Assembly (NCBI RefSeq): GCF_001457615.1 | Contig: NZ_LN831024.1 | Span: forward strand, 1,680,001-1,712,000 | DNA: 32,000 nucleotides | Source of the DNA: Pseudomonas aeruginosa | GTDB lineage: Bacteria > Pseudomonadota > Gammaproteobacteria > Pseudomonadales > Pseudomonadaceae | Direction of reading: 5' to 3' | In this document: in pieces, positions 10,752 through 20,974 of the stretch | How the letters are laid out: every line of letters starts with the position of its first letter | Numbering within the stretch: position 1 is the first letter of the stretch | Notes under the pieces: generated by a model | What the model saw: the letters and a program-made list of their open reading frames with translations, nothing else | Told to the model about the DNA's origin: nothing | Database searches by the model: none | Position numbers and translations under genes: made by a program

Positions 10752-10775
10752 CCCCTCTCCCTTCAGGGAGAGGGG
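10752..10775. repeat. Hairpin CCCCTCTCCC-TTCA-GGGAGAGGGG
   Basis: 10-bp perfect stem with 4-nt loop between divergent-side nosR promoter and a downstream gene end; may be a terminator-like or dispersed palindromic element. Confidence 0.6.
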
Positions 10776-10792
10776 AGAGGGCTGCCCGAGGC

Positions 10793-11206
10793 TCAGGCCA
10801 GGCGTTGCCCGGATACCGCTGGATGGTACAGCGGCTGCACCTTGTTGCCCGCCGGGTCGAGCAGGTGGAAGCTGCGCGCGCCGTCGCCGTGGTCGAAGGG
10901 TTGGTCGAGCAGGGTCACGCCCAGCGCCTTCAGGTAACGGTACCAGGCCTCCAGTTCCTCCACGCTGTCGACGACGAAGCCGTAGTGATCCATGGTCTGC
11001 AGGCCGTTGCTGGCAGCGTGGGCGCGGCCGAGGGAAAGGTTGTCGTTGCCGCAGGTGAGATACACCAGGTCTTCGTTGGCGCGGTTCAGCACTTCCATGC
11101 CCAGCACGTCGACATAGAAGCGCTCGCATTCTTCCAGGTTGGGCACCAGCAGGGCGAGGTGACGCAGGCCGTTGAGGCGGGAGGGGCGGGCAGGGCGGTC
11201 GGACAT
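10793..11206 (-). CDS. VOC/glyoxalase family protein
   Basis: GLRHLALLVPNLEECERFYVDVLGMEVLNR and SFHLLDPAGNKVQPL motifs of the vicinal oxygen chelate fold. Confidence 0.85.
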   Translation of the reverse strand: MSDRPARPSRLNGLRHLALLVPNLEECERFYVDVLGMEVLNRANEDLVYLTCGNDNLSLGRAHAASNGLQTMDHYGFVVDSVEELEAWYRYLKALGVTLLDQPFDHGDGARSFHLLDPAGNKVQPLYHPAVSGQRLA

Positions 11207-11266
11207 GGGCTTGCTTCCTTTTTTGTATACAATAATTTTGTAAATCTAAAACAAAAGGAAGTTTCC

Positions 11267-11569
11267 GTGTACTGCATCTTTATCAAGACCCGTCTCAGGC
11301 CCGGCTGCGCCGAGGCTTTCATCGATGCCATCCAGGTCAACGCCGCCGCTTCCGTGTCCACCGAGCCCGGCTGCCTGGTGTTCGACGTTTCCCGCGACCG
11401 ACAGGACCCTGACCTGGTCTATCTCTACGAGGTCTATCGCGATGACGCGGCCTACGAGGCGCACACCCGCACCGCGCATTTCCGCGACAGCCGACCGTTG
11501 GTCGAGCCGCTGATCCTCGAACAGGAAGTCTTCGAAAGCGACGCGCTGGCGCTCAATCCGCTGCGCTGA
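11267..11569 (+). CDS. Antibiotic-biosynthesis-monooxygenase-like (ABM/YgiN) small protein
   Basis: GTG start with AAAGGAA upstream; CIFIKTRLRPGCAEAFIDAIQVNAAASVSTEPGCLVFDVSRDRQDPDLVYLYEVYRDDAAYEAHTRTAHF. Confidence 0.8.
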   Translation: MYCIFIKTRLRPGCAEAFIDAIQVNAAASVSTEPGCLVFDVSRDRQDPDLVYLYEVYRDDAAYEAHTRTAHFRDSRPLVEPLILEQEVFESDALALNPLR

Positions 11570-11575
11570 GAAGGC

Positions 11576-12271
11576 TCAGTCGCCGCCGGCGACGTCCAGC
11601 ACGCGGATCAGGTCCGGGCGCGGGTAGTGCCAATGCACGTCGAGGTCCCACAGGCGCACCCCGTAGCGGCGCCCGGGCTCCGGCTTCTGGTAGGCCGGGC
11701 GTGGGTCCTGCGCCAGGCATTGCTCGATCAGCTCGGCCACCGGCTGCCGCAACCGCTGGCCGTGCTCATGGGCCTGGCGCCGCGCCTGCTCGCTCCACTC
11801 CACGGCGATGCCCGGCGGCGGCGCGTCGGCGATGCCGTTGCGGGCGTCGGCCACGGCGTCGGCGTAGGGTACGTAGGGCTTGATATCGAGTACCGGGGTG
11901 CCGTCGAGCAGGTCGATTCCGGACAGCCACAGGCGCCCCGCTTCGAAGCCCTCCAGGCGCACCACCGACTGGCCGATGCCGTTCGGCCGATGGGTGGCGC
12001 GGGTGGCGAAGACTCCCAGCGAGCGGTTGCCGCCCAGGCGCGGCGGGCGCACCTTCAGTCGCGGCTTGTCTTCCAGGGCCTGGTGGAAGAGGAACAGCAG
12101 CCAGACATGGCTGACCTGCTCCAGGCCTTCCAGCGCTTCCACCTGGTCGAACGGCGGCAGCAGTTCCAGGGTCCCCCGCGCCGCCGGCGCGAGCAGCGGC
12201 TGGCGCGGGATGGCGAACTTCTCCATGAAGCAGGAGCGGATGTAGCCGATGGGAGAAACGCTGTGGGTCAT
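11576..12271 (-). CDS. trmO: tRNA (adenine(37)-N6)-methyltransferase TrmO (TsaA/YaeB family)
   Basis: SPIGYIRSCFMEKFAIPRQPLL, HVWLLFLFH, GVFATRATHRPNGIGQSVVRLEG, LDIKPYVPYAD. Confidence 0.88.
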   Translation of the reverse strand: MTHSVSPIGYIRSCFMEKFAIPRQPLLAPAARGTLELLPPFDQVEALEGLEQVSHVWLLFLFHQALEDKPRLKVRPPRLGGNRSLGVFATRATHRPNGIGQSVVRLEGFEAGRLWLSGIDLLDGTPVLDIKPYVPYADAVADARNGIADAPPPGIAVEWSEQARRQAHEHGQRLRQPVAELIEQCLAQDPRPAYQKPEPGRRYGVRLWDLDVHWHYPRPDLIRVLDVAGGD

Positions 12272-12323
12272 GGCGGGACGAGGCGAGCGGTCGGGGGCGT
12301 CATGTTACCCGGATTGGTGGCGC

Positions 12324-13094
12324 TCAGAGATGAAAACCGCCGTCGATGGGGATCACGTTGCCGGTCATGTAGGCGCCGGCGGTGCCGGCCAGGCTGATCG
12401 CCAGCGCCGCCATCTCCTCCGGGCGACCCCAGCGGCCCATGGGAATCGACGCGCTGTCCGCCTCCAGTGCCTGCGGGTCATTGGCGATGTGACGGGTCAT
12501 GCGGCTCGGAAAGCGTCCGGGAGCGATCACATTGACATTGATGTGCTCGCCGACCAGTTCCTTCGCCAGCATCCGCGACAGTTGATGCAGCGCGGCCTTG
12601 CTCGGCCCGTAGGCATAGGCTTGTTCGCCCATGGCGCTGATGCCCGCCACCGAGCCGATGTTGATCACCCGCGCCGGGTTCTCCGCGCTGGCCGAGCGGC
12701 GCAGCAGCGGCAGCAGTTGCTGGATGCAGGAAAACACCGAGGTGACATTGAGCTGCATGACCTTTTCCCAGCCGGACACCGGATAGCTTTCCAGCGCTGC
12801 GCCCCAACTGGTGCCGGCGTTGTTCACCAGGATATCCAGCCGCGCGCTGAGTCCGCCGAGCGCCTCCGCCAGGCGCCGGGCACCGGCTTCGCTGGAAAGG
12901 TCGGCGGGGATCGCCTGGCAGTCGCCGTAGGCCGAGAGGCGTGTGGCGGTGTCGGCGCAGGCCTCTGCGTCACGTGCGCAGATGAAGACGCGGGCGCCGG
13001 CTTCGAGAAGACCCTGGGCGATCATCTGGCCGATGCCGCGGCTGCCGCCGGTGACCAGGGCGACGCGACCGGCGAGACTGAAATAGGGATGCAT
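12324..13094 (-). CDS. rhlG: RhlG, NADPH-dependent SDR beta-ketoacyl reductase
   Basis: SDR motifs VTGGSRGIG, NNAG, YGPSKAALHQLSRMLAKEL; matches recalled RhlG (MHPYFSLAGRVALVTGG) and its chromosomal neighbourhood next to amrZ. Confidence 0.92.
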   Translation of the reverse strand: MHPYFSLAGRVALVTGGSRGIGQMIAQGLLEAGARVFICARDAEACADTATRLSAYGDCQAIPADLSSEAGARRLAEALGGLSARLDILVNNAGTSWGAALESYPVSGWEKVMQLNVTSVFSCIQQLLPLLRRSASAENPARVINIGSVAGISAMGEQAYAYGPSKAALHQLSRMLAKELVGEHINVNVIAPGRFPSRMTRHIANDPQALEADSASIPMGRWGRPEEMAALAISLAGTAGAYMTGNVIPIDGGFHL

Positions 13095-13191
13095 GGGAAT
13101 GACTCCGGGCTGGGCAGGGGAGACCAGCCTACGATTCGCCTCGCTGCCGGCGCAGCATTATCCAGGTACGGAATGACGTGGCATCCGTGGC

Positions 13192-13557
13192 TCAGCGGCT
13201 ACCGCGGCGATGCAACAGATACAGGTAGACGATCAGGTTGAGCAGCAGAACGATGGCGCCAAGGATCCACTGCACCGCCGGGGTCAGGCCGGCGGGATAG
13301 ATCAGCGGCAACAGGTAGTGCTCGACGAAGCCGCCGCTGTAGCCGGCGTCCCCGGCGGCCCGGCGCAGACGATTCTCCAGCGGGGTCAGCGGACAGGGCA
13401 GGCCGAGAAACTCCACCGCGCAGCCCCAGGCCACCGCCGGCAGGTGCAGCCAGGCCAGGCGTGGCCAGCGCAACGGCAGCAGGCCGCCGAACAGGACGAA
13501 CAGGATGAAGCCCAGGTGCAGCCAGACCAGGGCATCGGCGGCCAGGCGATAGCTCAT
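13192..13557 (-). CDS. DUF2784 membrane protein
   Basis: MSYRLAADALVWLHLGFILFVLFGGLLPLRWPRLAWLHLPAVAWGCAVEFLGLPCPLTPLENRLR, typical DUF2784 pattern. Confidence 0.85.
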   Translation of the reverse strand: MSYRLAADALVWLHLGFILFVLFGGLLPLRWPRLAWLHLPAVAWGCAVEFLGLPCPLTPLENRLRRAAGDAGYSGGFVEHYLLPLIYPAGLTPAVQWILGAIVLLLNLIVYLYLLHRRGSR

Positions 13558-13656
13558 TCGGCTCTCCCTCGTGGCGTTGGAGGGATAACGCCACCGCTAC
13601 AGGGGCCGGCGGATAACCGCCTTGCGGTTACTCGCCCATGGTTTGGCCATCCATAA

Positions 13657-13680
13657 AGAAAAAGCCGGCGAATGCCGGCC
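13657..13680 (-). terminator. Terminator downstream of amrZ
   Basis: On the minus strand: GCCGGC-ATTC-GCCGGC followed by TTTTTCTTT. Confidence 0.65.
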
Positions 13681-13710
13681 ATTTCAAGCGCTACGCGTGG
13701 GCTTCGGCGC

Positions 13711-14037
13711 TCAGGCCTGGGCCAGCTCCGCATCGTGTGCGATCAGGGCGACCAGCGCGTTCTGCTGACGGTGGGTCAGCTGGCGGAAACGCTGCAGCAG
13801 CTCGCGCTCGTGCAGGCTGAGTTCCGGGCTGTCCAGGCGAACACCGAGATTGTCTTGCAGCGCCCCTTCCTGGAGCAGGCTCTGCTCGAGTCGGGCGATG
13901 ATCTCGGAGTTCATGCTGCGGTGATGGCTGCGAGCGACTTCTGCGATCTGCTCACGCATGCCCTCGGGCAGACGAACGACGAATTTGTCAGCGGTACGGC
14001 TGGAGTAGGTAGGAGTTGCCTGTTTCAGTGGGCGCAT
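13711..14037 (-). CDS. amrZ: AmrZ (AlgZ), ribbon-helix-helix alginate/motility regulator
   Basis: [60 protein letters not shown], 108 aa. Confidence 0.97.
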
Positions 14038-14173
14038 ACATTGAACCTGTAGAGTCAGGGAAAAGCGGTGCCGAGGAAGCGTTCATTGTTCTCGGGCCTA
14101 TGACCACGATTTCCGCTAGCCGTTCAGTCTGTTATTTCGGAAACAACAATTAGTTGACGTCAATTGTGCGTTG

Positions 14174-14194
14174 CGTGCCGGCGTTTTGCCAGTA
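14174..14194 (-). promoter_or_regulatory. Candidate AmrZ autoregulatory binding site upstream of amrZ
   Basis: Minus strand reads ACTGGCAAAACGCCGGCACG, resembling the published AmrZ site upstream of its own gene. Confidence 0.6.
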
Positions 14195-14285
14195 CCAGCT
14201 ATCTGAAATGCGAGCGATTCAGCAAAAGCCTAGTTTTTTACTGGGGGTTGGATGATGGCCTTCTGACCACCGGTCGTTCAAGGGA

Positions 14286-14314
14286 TTGTCACTCGACTGT
14301 CATCGTCACTTCAC
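14286..14314 (+). promoter_or_regulatory. Candidate PhoB box(es) upstream of phnC
   Basis: TTGTCAC-N4-CTGTCAT-N4-ACTTCAC: 7-bp half sites at 11-bp spacing (consensus half site CTGTCAT), 84 bp upstream of the phnC ATG. Confidence 0.75.
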
Positions 14315-14397
14315 CGGGCTGACACAGTCTCCTTCTATCTTGGTCTACACCAGATGGCGCCGCTGGCGTCTTCGTGCAACCGATTGGAGGGAGAACG

Positions 14398-15234
<837 letters not shown>

Positions 15235-15286
15235 CGTCATTCGAACCGCATAAAAACCCGCCAAACCCTGCCCAGGAGTTCTCTCC

Positions 15287-16291
15287 ATGTTGAAACGCTT
15301 CAGTCGTGTGCTCGCGGCTTCCGCCCTGCTCGCCGGCTCCCTTGCCGGGATGGCGCACGCCGACCAGCCGGTGATCAATTTCGGGATCATCTCCACCGAG
15401 TCGTCGCAGAACCTCAAGAGCATCTGGGAACCCTTCCTCAAGGACATGAGCCAGCAGACCGGCTACCAGGTGAAGGCCTTCTTCGCCCCCGACTACGCCG
15501 GGATCATCCAGGGCATGCGTTTCGACAAGGTCGACATCGCCTGGTACGGCAACAAGGCCGCCATGGAAGCGGTGGATCGCGCCCACGGCGAGATCTTCGC
15601 CCAGACCGTCGCCGCCAGTGGCGCGCCGGGCTACTGGAGCCTGCTGATCGCCAACAAGGACAGCAAGATCGACAGCCTCGAGGACATGTTGGCGAACGCC
15701 AAGAGCCTGACCTTCGGCAACGGCGATCCGAACTCCACGTCCGGCTACCTGGTGCCCGGCTACTACGTGTTCGCCAAGAACAACGTCGACCCGGTCAAGG
15801 CCTTCAAGCGCACCCTCAACTCCAGCCATGAGGTCAACGCCCTGGCGGTGGCCAACAAGCAGGTCGACGTCGCCACCTTCAATACCGAGGGCATGGAGCG
15901 CCTGGAATTGACCCAGCCGGAGAAGGCCAGGCAGCTCAAGGTGATCTGGAAGTCGCCGCTGATCCCGGGCGACCCGCTGGTGTGGCGCAACAACCTGAGC
16001 GACGAGCAGAAGAACAAGCTGCGCGACTTCTTCTTCAAGTACGGCGCCAACGCCGAGCAGAAGAAGGTCCTCGCCGACCTGCAATGGTCGAAGTTCCAGC
16101 CCTCCGACGACGACCAGTTGCTGCCGATCCGCCAGCTCGAGCTGTTCAAGCAGCGCACCGACGTGGCGAACAACGCCAACCTCGGCGCCGAAGAGAAGGC
16201 CGCCAAGCTGAAGGCCCTCGACGAGGAGCTGGCCAAGCTGGAGAAACGCATGGCCGAGCGCGAGCAGAAAACCGCCGCCAACGCCGGCTGA
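15287..16291 (+). CDS. phnD: Phosphonate ABC transporter substrate-binding protein
   Basis: Signal peptide; [62 protein letters not shown]. Confidence 0.96.
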   Translation: MLKRFSRVLAASALLAGSLAGMAHADQPVINFGIISTESSQNLKSIWEPFLKDMSQQTGYQVKAFFAPDYAGIIQGMRFDKVDIAWYGNKAAMEAVDRAHGEIFAQTVAASGAPGYWSLLIANKDSKIDSLEDMLANAKSLTFGNGDPNSTSGYLVPGYYVFAKNNVDPVKAFKRTLNSSHEVNALAVANKQVDVATFNTEGMERLELTQPEKARQLKVIWKSPLIPGDPLVWRNNLSDEQKNKLRDFFFKYGANAEQKKVLADLQWSKFQPSDDDQLLPIRQLELFKQRTDVANNANLGAEEKAAKLKALDEELAKLEKRMAEREQKTAANAG

Positions 16292-16358
16292 TCCACCCCG
16301 GGCGCGGCCGGCGCCGCGCCCCACCCGATTCGCCAATACCGCTGTCGAGATTCCCGAT

Positions 16359-17153
16359 ATGAGCACTCTGAGCACCACTGCCGCGGCGGCCGCCACCGGC
16401 AAGCCATCCTGGGGACGCCTGGTCGGCTGGGGCCTGTTCCTCGCCATCCTCGCCTGGTCCTGGAAGGGCGCGGAAATGAACCCGGCCGTGCTGTTCCGCG
16501 ACGCCGGCAACATGGCGACCTTCGCCGCCGACTTCTTCCCGCCGGACTTCGGCAACTGGAAGCTCTACCTCAGCGAGATGCTGGTCACCGTGCAGATCGC
16601 CCTCTGGGGCACGGTGCTGGCGATCGTCTGCGCCATCCCGCTGTCGATCCTGGCTTCCGAGAACATCGTGCCCTGGTGGGTCTACCAGCCGGTGCGGCGG
16701 GTGATGGATGCCTGCCGTTCGATCAACGAGATGGTCTTCGCCATGCTCTTCGTGGTCGCCGTCGGCCTGGGCCCGTTCGCCGGCGTGCTGGCGCTGTTCA
16801 TCAGTACCACCGGGGTGCTCGCCAAGCTCTTCGCCGAGGCGGTCGAGGCGATCGACCCCGGTCCGGTCGAAGGCGTCCGCGCCACCGGTGCCAGCGCCCT
16901 GCAGGAGGTCATCTTCGGGGTCATCCCGCAGGTCCTGCCGCTGTGGATCTCCTATTCGCTGTACCGCTTCGAGTCCAACGTACGTTCCGCCACCGTGGTC
17001 GGGATGGTCGGCGCCGGCGGCATCGGCGTGATCCTCTGGGAGGCCATCCGCGGCTTCCAGTTCGGCCAGACCTGCGCCGTGCTGATCGTGATCATCGTGG
17101 TGGTGAGCCTGATCGACGTTCTGTCACAACGCCTGCGCAAGCTGTTCATCTGA
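16359..17153 (+). CDS. phnE: Phosphonate ABC transporter permease
   Basis: Multiple TM helices; [52 protein letters not shown]. Confidence 0.95.
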   Translation: MSTLSTTAAAAATGKPSWGRLVGWGLFLAILAWSWKGAEMNPAVLFRDAGNMATFAADFFPPDFGNWKLYLSEMLVTVQIALWGTVLAIVCAIPLSILASENIVPWWVYQPVRRVMDACRSINEMVFAMLFVVAVGLGPFAGVLALFISTTGVLAKLFAEAVEAIDPGPVEGVRATGASALQEVIFGVIPQVLPLWISYSLYRFESNVRSATVVGMVGAGGIGVILWEAIRGFQFGQTCAVLIVIIVVVSLIDVLSQRLRKLFI

Positions 17154-17191
17154 CGACGCGAGGAGGGCGCCTGGTGCGCCCTTTCCAAACC

Positions 17192-17896
17192 ATGCACTTG
17201 TCTAGACAAAGCGAACCGCTGTACCGCGAACTGGCCGAACGGCTGCGCCAGGAACTGCTGGCCTACCGCCCCGGCGACTACCTGCCCGGCGAGATCCAGC
17301 TGGCCCAGCGCTTCGCGGTGAACCGCCATACCCTGCGCCGGGCGCTCGACGAACTGGTGCTCGAAGGCCGCGTGCTGCGGCGCCAGGGCAAGGGCACCCA
17401 GGTCCTGGAGGCGCCGACGATCTACCCGATGGGCGCCGCCAACGCCTACACCGAGTCGCTCTCGGCCCAGGGCCACCGGGTCGAGGCCCGGCTGCTGGAG
17501 GCGCGCCAGCGTCCGGCCGGCGCCGCCGAGGCCACCCACCTGGGGATCGGCGAGGGCGGGCGGGTGCTGGAAGTGACCACCCTGCGTTACCTCGACGGAC
17601 AGCCAGTGAGCCTGATCCGCCATTGCTACGCCGTTTCCCGCAGCGAGCTGCTCGCCGACTACCAGGGCGGTTCGCTGCGTCGCTACCTGGCCGACAAAGG
17701 CCTGCCGCTGACCCGCACCTACAGCCTGATCGGTGCGCGCCTGCCCAATCGCGAGGAGGCGGCGCGCCTGCTGATGCCCCGCCATGCGCCGTTGCTCACC
17801 GTCCTCACCCTGTCCCGCGACCGTACCGGCCAACCGGTGGAACTGGCCCAGTCGATCAGCCGCGCCGATCGCTTCCAGTACCAGGTCGCCCCCTAG
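17192..17896 (+). CDS. phnF: PhnF, GntR/HutC-family regulator
   Basis: MHLSRQSEPLYRELAERLRQELLAYRPGDYLPGEIQLAQRFAVNRHTLRRALDELV winged HTH. Start re-assigned from the track's 16676. Confidence 0.93.
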   Translation: MHLSRQSEPLYRELAERLRQELLAYRPGDYLPGEIQLAQRFAVNRHTLRRALDELVLEGRVLRRQGKGTQVLEAPTIYPMGAANAYTESLSAQGHRVEARLLEARQRPAGAAEATHLGIGEGGRVLEVTTLRYLDGQPVSLIRHCYAVSRSELLADYQGGSLRRYLADKGLPLTRTYSLIGARLPNREEAARLLMPRHAPLLTVLTLSRDRTGQPVELAQSISRADRFQYQVAP

Positions 17897-17905
17897 GAGA
17901 AGCCC

Positions 17906-18364
17906 ATGACCGCCTTGCATTCCGATCCCACCATCGCCGCACGACAGCGCTGGATGGGCGTGCTCGCCCGCGCCCGTCGCGAGGAGCTGGACGCCCATGC
18001 GGACGCCCTGCGCGATGCCGACTATCACCTGCTGCGCGCCGCCGAGACCGGCATGACCCTGGTGCGCGGACGCATGGGCGGCACCGGCAGCCCGTTCAAC
18101 CTCGGCGAGATGACCGTGACCCGCTGCGTGGTGCGGCTCGGTGACGGACGCACCGGCTACAGCTATGTCGCCGGGCGCGACAAGCGCCACGCCGAACTGG
18201 CCGCCCTGGCCGACGCGCACCTGCAGGGCGCCGACGCGGCGGCCTGGCAGGCGCGCCTGATCGAACCGCTGGCCCGCACCCAGGCCGAGCGCCGCGCCGC
18301 CCAGGAGGCGGAAATCGCCACTACCAAGGTGGAGTTCTTCACCCTGGTCCGAGGAGAAGATTGA
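17906..18364 (+). CDS. phnG: PhnG, C-P lyase complex subunit
   Basis: RQRWMGVLARARREELDAHADAL, GGTGSPFNLGEMTVTRCVVRL, GHSYV-like YSYVAGRDKRHAELAALADA. Confidence 0.95.
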   Translation: MTALHSDPTIAARQRWMGVLARARREELDAHADALRDADYHLLRAAETGMTLVRGRMGGTGSPFNLGEMTVTRCVVRLGDGRTGYSYVAGRDKRHAELAALADAHLQGADAAAWQARLIEPLARTQAERRAAQEAEIATTKVEFFTLVRGED

Positions 18365-18993
18365 TGACCAGCGCTTCGCTTCCCAGCCCGGCGGATACCG
18401 CCGCGCTATTGCAACCGGCGTTCCAGGACCCGGTCCTGGATGCCCAGCGGAGTTTCCGCGCGGCGCTCAAGGCCCTCGCCGAACCGGGGCTGGTGCGCAA
18501 CCTCGACCGCGCACCGGCGCTGGCCGCGTTGCAACCGGCCAGCTACGCGCTGTGCCTGAGCTTCCTCGACTCCGACACCCCGCTGTGGCTGGCGCCGGGT
18601 CTCGACAGCCCGACGTTGCGCGCCAACCTGGCCTTCCATTGCGGCTGCCCGATCGTCGCCGAGCGTGAGCAGGCGCTGTTCGCCTTGCTCGACGAAGGCG
18701 AGCTGGACGACCTGAGCGGCTTCGACAGCGGCAGCGACCGTTATCCGGACCAGTCCTGCACCCTGCTGATCCAGCTTGCCGGCCTCGATGGCGGCGCCTC
18801 GCTGGAGTGGCGCGGACCGGGCATCGCCGAAGTGCGCCAGGTGGCGTTGCCGGTGAGCGCCGGGTTCTGGGCACAGCGCGCCGCACGCACCGAATTCCCC
18901 AGGGGCCTGGATGCCTTCTTCGCCGCCGGCGAGCGCATCCTCGGCCTGCCACGCAGTACCCGGGTCAGCGAACCCGTCGAGGAGGTGGCCTGA
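18364..18993 (+). CDS. phnH: PhnH, C-P lyase complex subunit
   Basis: PAFQDPVLDAQRSFRAALKALAEPG; SLEWRGPGIAEVRQVALPVSAGFWAQRAA; position in operon. Confidence 0.94.
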   Translation: MTSASLPSPADTAALLQPAFQDPVLDAQRSFRAALKALAEPGLVRNLDRAPALAALQPASYALCLSFLDSDTPLWLAPGLDSPTLRANLAFHCGCPIVAEREQALFALLDEGELDDLSGFDSGSDRYPDQSCTLLIQLAGLDGGASLEWRGPGIAEVRQVALPVSAGFWAQRAARTEFPRGLDAFFAAGERILGLPRSTRVSEPVEEVA

Positions 18994-20093
18994 TGTACGT
19001 AGCCGTCAAGGGTGGCGAGAAGGCCATCGACAACGCCCATCGCCTGCTGGCGCACAAGCGCCGCGGCGATACCGCGCTGCCGGAGCTGTCGGTGGAGCAG
19101 ATCCGCCAGCAGATGCCGCTGGCCGTGTCGCGGGTGATGACCGAGGGTTCGCTGTACGACGAGCAACTGGCGGCACTGGCGATCAAGCAGGCGGCCGGCG
19201 ACCTGATGGAAGCGATCTTCCTTCTCCGCGCCTACCGCACCACGCTGCCGCGCTTCGCCGCCAGCCTGCCGCTGGACACCGCCGGGATGCGTCTGCAACG
19301 ACGGATCTCGGCGACCTACAAGGACCTGCCGGGCGGGCAACTGCTCGGTCCGACCTTCGACTATACCCATCGCCTGCTCGACTTCAGCCTGCTCGCCGAG
19401 GGCGACTACCCCGGCCCCGAAGTGGAGCGGGGCGCGTCCCTGGAGCCTTGTCCGCGCGTGCTCGGCCTGCTCGACCGGGAAGGCCTGATGACGCCGGAGT
19501 ACGAGCTGCCCGGCGCGGTGCCGGATATCACCCGCGAGCCGCTCGACTTCCCCACCGGCCGCGCCCAGCGCCTGCAGGCCCTGGCCCGCGGCGACGAGGG
19601 CTTCCTTCTCGCCCTGGGCTATTCGACCCAGCGCGGCTACGGCCGCAACCATCCGTTTGCCGGGGAGATCCGCATCGGCGCCTGCGAGGTCTGGCTGGAG
19701 CCCGAGGAACTCGGCTTCGCGGTGCCGGTGGGCGAGATCGAGGTCACCGAGTGCGAGATGGTCAACCAGTTCGTCGGTTCCCGCGAGGAACTGCCGCAAT
19801 TCACCCGTGGCTACGGCCTGGCCTTCGGCTACGCCGAGCGCAAGGCGATGGGCATGGCCCTGGTCGACCGCGCCCTGCGCGCCGAGGAATACGGCGAGGA
19901 GGTGGTGTCGCCGGCGCAGCAGGAAGAGTTCGTCCTGATGCACTGCGACAACGTCGAGGCCGGCGGCTTCGTCTCGCACCTGAAGCTGCCGCACTACGTC
20001 GATTTCCAGTCCGAGCTGGAGCTGATTCGCAAGCTGCGTCGTCCCGGCGTCGCCGAATCCGCGCAACCCACTGACCAGGAGAAGCGCGCATGA
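18993..20093 (+). CDS. phnI: PhnI, C-P lyase complex subunit
   Basis: MYVAVKGGEKAIDNAHRLLAHKRRGD; LGYSTQRGYGRNHPFAGEIRIG; coupled ATG overlapping phnH stop. Confidence 0.96.
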   Translation: MYVAVKGGEKAIDNAHRLLAHKRRGDTALPELSVEQIRQQMPLAVSRVMTEGSLYDEQLAALAIKQAAGDLMEAIFLLRAYRTTLPRFAASLPLDTAGMRLQRRISATYKDLPGGQLLGPTFDYTHRLLDFSLLAEGDYPGPEVERGASLEPCPRVLGLLDREGLMTPEYELPGAVPDITREPLDFPTGRAQRLQALARGDEGFLLALGYSTQRGYGRNHPFAGEIRIGACEVWLEPEELGFAVPVGEIEVTECEMVNQFVGSREELPQFTRGYGLAFGYAERKAMGMALVDRALRAEEYGEEVVSPAQQEEFVLMHCDNVEAGGFVSHLKLPHYVDFQSELELIRKLRRPGVAESAQPTDQEKRA

Positions 20094-20974
20094 GCCTTTC
20101 CCCGCAAGCCAGCGCCGCGCCGGAGCAGGGCTACAACTTCGCCTACCTCGACGAGCAGACCAAGCGCATGATCCGCCGCGGCCTGCTCAAGGCGGTGGCG
20201 ATCCCCGGCTACCAGGTGCCCTTCGGCGGCCGCGAGATGCCGCTGCCCTACGGCTGGGGCACCGGCGGCATGCAGGTGACCGCGGCCATCCTCGGTGCCG
20301 ACGACGTGCTCAAGGTGATCGACCAGGGCGCCGACGACACCACCAACGCGGTATCCATCCGGCGTTTCTTCGCCCGCACCGCCGGGGTCGCCACCACCGA
20401 ACGGACCCCGGAGGCGACGGTGATCCAGACCCGCCACCGGATACCGGAAACCGCCCTGAGCGGCGAGCAGATCATGGTCTACCAGGTGCCGATCCCCGAG
20501 CCGCTGCGCTTCATCGAGCCTTCCGAGGCGGAGACCCGGACCATGCATGCGCTCGACGACTACGGGGTGATGCACGTGAAGCTCTACGAGGACATCGCCA
20601 CCTTCGGCCATATCGCCACCAGCTATGCCTACCCGGTGACGGTGGACGAGCGCTACGTGATGGATCCCTCGCCAATTCCCAAGTTCGACAACCCCAAGCT
20701 GGACATGAGCCCGGCGCTGATGCTGTTCGGCGCCGGTCGCGAGAAACGCCTGTACGCGGTACCGCCGTTCACCCGGGTGGCGAGCCTGGACTTCGAGGAC
20801 CACCCCTTCGAAGTCCAGCGCTGGGAAGAAAGCTGCGCCTTCTGCGGCAGCCACGAGTCCTACCTGGACGAACTGATCGTCGACGACCGTGGCGGCAAGC
20901 GCTTCGTCTGTTCCGACACCGATTACTGCACGCAGCGGCGTGCCTGCCAGGAAGAAGGGGAGGACGCGCAATGA
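20090..20974 (+). CDS. phnJ: PhnJ, radical-SAM C-P lyase
   Basis: YNFAYLDEQTKRMIRRGLLKAVAIPGYQVPFGGREMPLPYGWGTGGMQVTAAILG; CAFCGSHESYLDELIVDDRGGKRFVCSDTDYC. Confidence 0.97.
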   Translation: MSLSPQASAAPEQGYNFAYLDEQTKRMIRRGLLKAVAIPGYQVPFGGREMPLPYGWGTGGMQVTAAILGADDVLKVIDQGADDTTNAVSIRRFFARTAGVATTERTPEATVIQTRHRIPETALSGEQIMVYQVPIPEPLRFIEPSEAETRTMHALDDYGVMHVKLYEDIATFGHIATSYAYPVTVDERYVMDPSPIPKFDNPKLDMSPALMLFGAGREKRLYAVPPFTRVASLDFEDHPFEVQRWEESCAFCGSHESYLDELIVDDRGGKRFVCSDTDYCTQRRACQEEGEDAQ

